DNA from: an uncultured Clostridia bacterium
Lineage (GTDB): Bacteria; Bacillota; Clostridia; TANB77; CAG-508
Length of the DNA: 64,000 bases
Direction: 5' to 3'
Assembly (NCBI GenBank): GCA_963556905.1
Contig: CAUWAY010000005.1
Location: forward strand, 279 to 64,278
Part shown: one piece after another, positions 61,018-64,000 of the stretch
Layout of the letters: every line of letters begins with the position of its first letter
Position numbering within the stretch: position 1 is the first letter of the stretch
Made by a program: the position numbers and the translations under genes
Notes under the pieces: model-generated
Told to the model about the DNA's origin: nothing
The model's input: only the letters and a program-made list of their open reading frames with translations
The model's database searches: none

Positions 61018-61905
61018 ATGAAAGAAAAAAGAAATCAATACAGAAAACAAATAAATAAAAAATTTCAAGAAAATAAAAGAAAAAATACAGTAGACAGAAG
61101 AAAAGAAGAAAGAAGACAATACATTAGAAGAGAAGGTGATAGAACAGAAAAAGAAGAAAAGAAATTTGATGACCAAATAGAAGGAAGAAATTCAGTATTA
61201 GAATTATTAGAAAGTGGAAAAGACATAAATAAAATATTTGTAACAAGAGGGGAAAAGCATGGTTCTATAAATAAAATTCTGGCAATAGCAAAAGAAAGAA
61301 AAATAATTGTAGTAGAAAAAGACAAAAAGCAAATGGATGAAATGGCACAAGAAGAAAACTATCAAGGAGTTATAGCAATAGTACCACCATTTGAATATGT
61401 AGAAATACAAGATATAATAAATGATGCAAAAGAAAAAAAAGAAGAACCATTTGTATTAATACTAGATGGAATAGAAGATCCACACAATTTAGGTTCAATA
61501 ATTAGAACAGCTGAAACTGCTGGAGTTCATGGAATAATAATACCAAAAAGAAGAGCAGCATCTGTAAATAGTACAGTAAATAAAACGTCTGCTGGAGCAG
61601 TAGAACATATGAAAATTGCAAGAGTAACTAATATAGCAGATGCAATAGAAGAACTAAAACAAGAGGGCTTATGGATATGCGGAACTGCAATAGATACAGA
61701 TAAATACTATTATAATCAGGACTTAACAGGACCACTAGGAATAGTTATAGGAAATGAAGGAAAAGGAATAGGAGAAAAAGTAAAGAAAAACTGTGATTTT
61801 CTAGTAAAAATTCCAATGAAGGGAAAAATTGGTTCATTAAATGCAGCAGTATCAACAGGAATAGTAGTATATGAATCAGTAAAACAAAGAGCAAAAAATA
61901 TATAA
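61018..61905 (+). CDS. rlmB: 23S rRNA (guanosine-2'-O)-methyltransferase RlmB with about 55-aa K/R/E-rich N-terminal extension
   Basis: IEGRNSVLELLES (SpoU substrate-binding domain), LDGIEDPHNLGSIIRTA, VIGNEGKGIG and SLNAAVSTGIVVYE. ATG 61018 follows AAGAAGGGA (the ORF track uses TTG 61012). Confidence 0.9.
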   Translation: MKEKRNQYRKQINKKFQENKRKNTVDRRKEERRQYIRREGDRTEKEEKKFDDQIEGRNSVLELLESGKDINKIFVTRGEKHGSINKILAIAKERKIIVVEKDKKQMDEMAQEENYQGVIAIVPPFEYVEIQDIINDAKEKKEEPFVLILDGIEDPHNLGSIIRTAETAGVHGIIIPKRRAASVNSTVNKTSAGAVEHMKIARVTNIADAIEELKQEGLWICGTAIDTDKYYYNQDLTGPLGIVIGNEGKGIGEKVKKNCDFLVKIPMKGKIGSLNAAVSTGIVVYESVKQRAKNI

Positions 61906-61964
61906 AAGGTTATAGGTAATTCCAAATCTAAAAAACCTAAATAAAATTAAATGAGGAAAGTCAA

Positions 61965-63788
61965 ATGAGAAATGAAAATAAAAAAAATATTTTATTAATA
62001 GTAATATTAGTAGTAGTAATATTAGCTATAATTGGTGGAATAGTAACATATTTAGCGTTAGCAACAGATACATTTAAAAGCAGTAAAGAACTATTTCAAA
62101 AATATCTAATTCAAGAAATAGAGCAAATAAAAACAATGGCAAACTCAAAAACAAAAGAAGAATATGAAAAGATAAAAAGTACAAATTCATATGATTCAAA
62201 CTCTGAAATAGCAGTAACTTATTCAGAGGGAGGAGAAGTATCTAATCCATTTAATGACTTATCAATAAAATATAAAACTCAAAAAGATGGAGTTGATTAC
62301 ATATATAAAGACTTACAAGTATTATATGACAATGAAAAACAAATAGAAGTAGAAGCAATAAAAGATAAAAGTATTTATGGAATAAGATTTACAGATGTTA
62401 TTAAGCAATTTACAAGTATAAGAAGTGGTGAAGATATAAATAAATTAGGTTTAAACAGATTAGGAATTGAGGAAGATGAATTACAAAATATAATTAATTT
62501 AATAGAAGAAAATATTGATTTTACAAAAGATATAGACAAACTAAAAAATAAATATACAAACATATTGTCAAAAATATTAGAAAGTGCTACATATACGACT
62601 CAAAGGAATTCAGTAATAACATTAAGAGGAAAGACTATAAAAGCAAATCAATATATAGCTACATTAAACTCTAGTCAAACAAAGATGTTCCTTCAACAAA
62701 TACTAAATACAGTAAAAACAGATGAGATAATATTAAATATGGTAGACACTTTTATAGAAAGAGAAGAACTTATAGACCAAATAGATGGAATAATAAATAA
62801 TCTTGAAATAAGTAAAAACATACCAGCAGTTGAAGTAACAATATATGAGCAACAAGGTAAAACTGTAAAAATTACAATTGGTACTAATACAGAAAAACTA
62901 TCAATAGAAAATTGGACAGAAAATAGTAAAAATAATATGAAAATAGAATATAATTCGCTAAATACAGAACAAGAAAAAGGAGCAATATTAGAATTATCTA
63001 AAATATCAACAGACATGCAAGAAGACTATGAAATTAAACTTCAAATAATAGCAGGTGAGGAAAACTATGAATTCGGAACAACTATAAAAAATAAATTTAA
63101 TAATGAACTTGTATCAACAGAAACAATATTTGAATATGAAACAGGAATAACGAAAATAGGAATAAATACTATAAGTAATATAACAAAAGCAAATTTAAGT
63201 AATAAATTTGAACTGACAGATAAAAATAATGTAATATTTAATGATTTAGACAATGCAAGAATAGAATATATAATAAATATTATAAAAAATGAGGCATTTA
63301 AAAGAATTGAAAATAGAATCAATATATTGATGGAAAAACTACAATCAACTAAAATATATGAAACAATTATGGATAAATTAAATATAGATATTTTTCCAAA
63401 AGATGAAGAAAATGAAAAACCAAATATAGAAGAGCCAGATGAAGAAAATCAACTTTCTCAAATAGAAATAAATAGATTCAATGCAAAATTTGAATTTTAT
63501 ACAGGAGATGAAGTTTCTTCAAAAAATGTTAAAACATTAATAGAAGAGTCTGCGGAAAATTTAAAAAGTGTTGAAATAAACAAAATACAAAATCCAGAAA
63601 ATTCTTCAAATAATAAAGAAGAACGATATTTTATAAAATTATATATACAAAAAGACAATAAAAATGAAGATTTAGCAAATGGAATTTTAGAGAAAATAAA
63701 AGATGATAAAAAATATAAAGTAACGATTTACTATAAAGATGCAAATGGATTAATAGACAATGTAACAATAGAAGAACTCGAAAAATAA
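61965..63788 (+). CDS. Hypothetical N-terminally membrane-anchored 607-aa protein
   Basis: NILLIVILVVVILAIIGGIVTYLALA signal-anchor, then a long N/K/E/I-rich extracytoplasmic region. SD GAGGAAAG. No motif recognised. Confidence 0.7.
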   Translation: MRNENKKNILLIVILVVVILAIIGGIVTYLALATDTFKSSKELFQKYLIQEIEQIKTMANSKTKEEYEKIKSTNSYDSNSEIAVTYSEGGEVSNPFNDLSIKYKTQKDGVDYIYKDLQVLYDNEKQIEVEAIKDKSIYGIRFTDVIKQFTSIRSGEDINKLGLNRLGIEEDELQNIINLIEENIDFTKDIDKLKNKYTNILSKILESATYTTQRNSVITLRGKTIKANQYIATLNSSQTKMFLQQILNTVKTDEIILNMVDTFIEREELIDQIDGIINNLEISKNIPAVEVTIYEQQGKTVKITIGTNTEKLSIENWTENSKNNMKIEYNSLNTEQEKGAILELSKISTDMQEDYEIKLQIIAGEENYEFGTTIKNKFNNELVSTETIFEYETGITKIGINTISNITKANLSNKFELTDKNNVIFNDLDNARIEYIINIIKNEAFKRIENRINILMEKLQSTKIYETIMDKLNIDIFPKDEENEKPNIEEPDEENQLSQIEINRFNAKFEFYTGDEVSSKNVKTLIEESAENLKSVEINKIQNPENSSNNKEERYFIKLYIQKDNKNEDLANGILEKIKDDKKYKVTIYYKDANGLIDNVTIEELEK

Positions 63789-63815
63789 AAAATTATAATA
63801 AATAGAGGAGGGCAA

Positions 63816-64000
63816 ATGAATCAAATTTTAGTAACTGAAAAAATTTATGTAACACCTGAATTAAAAAGGAAAAAGAAAATTTATAAAATATTATTTATGA
63901 TATCTTTATTTTGTATTATATGCTTGCTCTCTATCTACATTTATGCAGAATATGATAGAAATAGAGATGCAGGAATTTCAGAAGATATGTTACTATCATG
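63816..64000 (+). CDS. Hypothetical membrane protein, 3' end outside window
   Basis: ATG 63816 lies 4 nt after GAGGAGGG and the frame is open to the window end. It encodes MNQILVTEKIYVTPELKRKKKIYKILFMISLFCIICLLSIYIYAEY... (basic stretch plus TM helix). It is absent from the ORF track because no stop codon is reached. Confidence 0.5.
   Translation, partial: MNQILVTEKIYVTPELKRKKKIYKILFMISLFCIICLLSIYIYAEYDRNRDAGISEDMLLS

Overview
Very AT-rich (by eye roughly 25-30% GC), standard-code bacterial chromosome segment. Gene content and order look Bacillota-like (Clostridia/Erysipelotrichia-type small genome); I cannot assign a species. Coding density is high, and 46 of 48 genes lie on the + strand. 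The coding strand is strongly A-rich, which creates many long but spurious antisense ORFs in the supplied track. Most of the window is core housekeeping:
- Translation and ribosome genes: the str-operon genes rpsL-rpsG-fusA-tuf, ylxM-ffh-rpsP-khpA-rimM-trmD-rplS, leuS, aspS, pheST, lepA, rlmB.
- Lipid and envelope genes: plsX-acpP, pyrH-frr-uppS-cdsA-rseP.
- DNA transactions and metabolism: topB, mfd, topA, tex, pflBA.
Lineage-specific genes are inserted between and inside these conserved blocks:
- an 831-aa adenosine-deaminase-fold protein fused to a LOG/SLOG-like Rossmann domain (my top candidate for an undescribed function);
- an HD hydrolase, Topo III and an uncharacterised 590-aa protein co-operonic with mfd;
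- a LonC-type protease;
- an orphan REC-HD-GYP regulator;
- a solitary tyrosine recombinase next to a 22-bp perfect inverted repeat;
- a DUF2207-like membrane protein wedged between pyrH and frr;
- a pilin-like small protein;
- several highly charged coiled-coil orphans.
At the RNA level, four genes (ORF 4753, frr, uppS, cdsA) show a recurrent Shine-Dalgarno / hairpin / start-codon geometry. I found no rRNA, tRNA, CRISPR array, IS element or prophage. All functional calls rest on motif recognition by eye; no database search was run.
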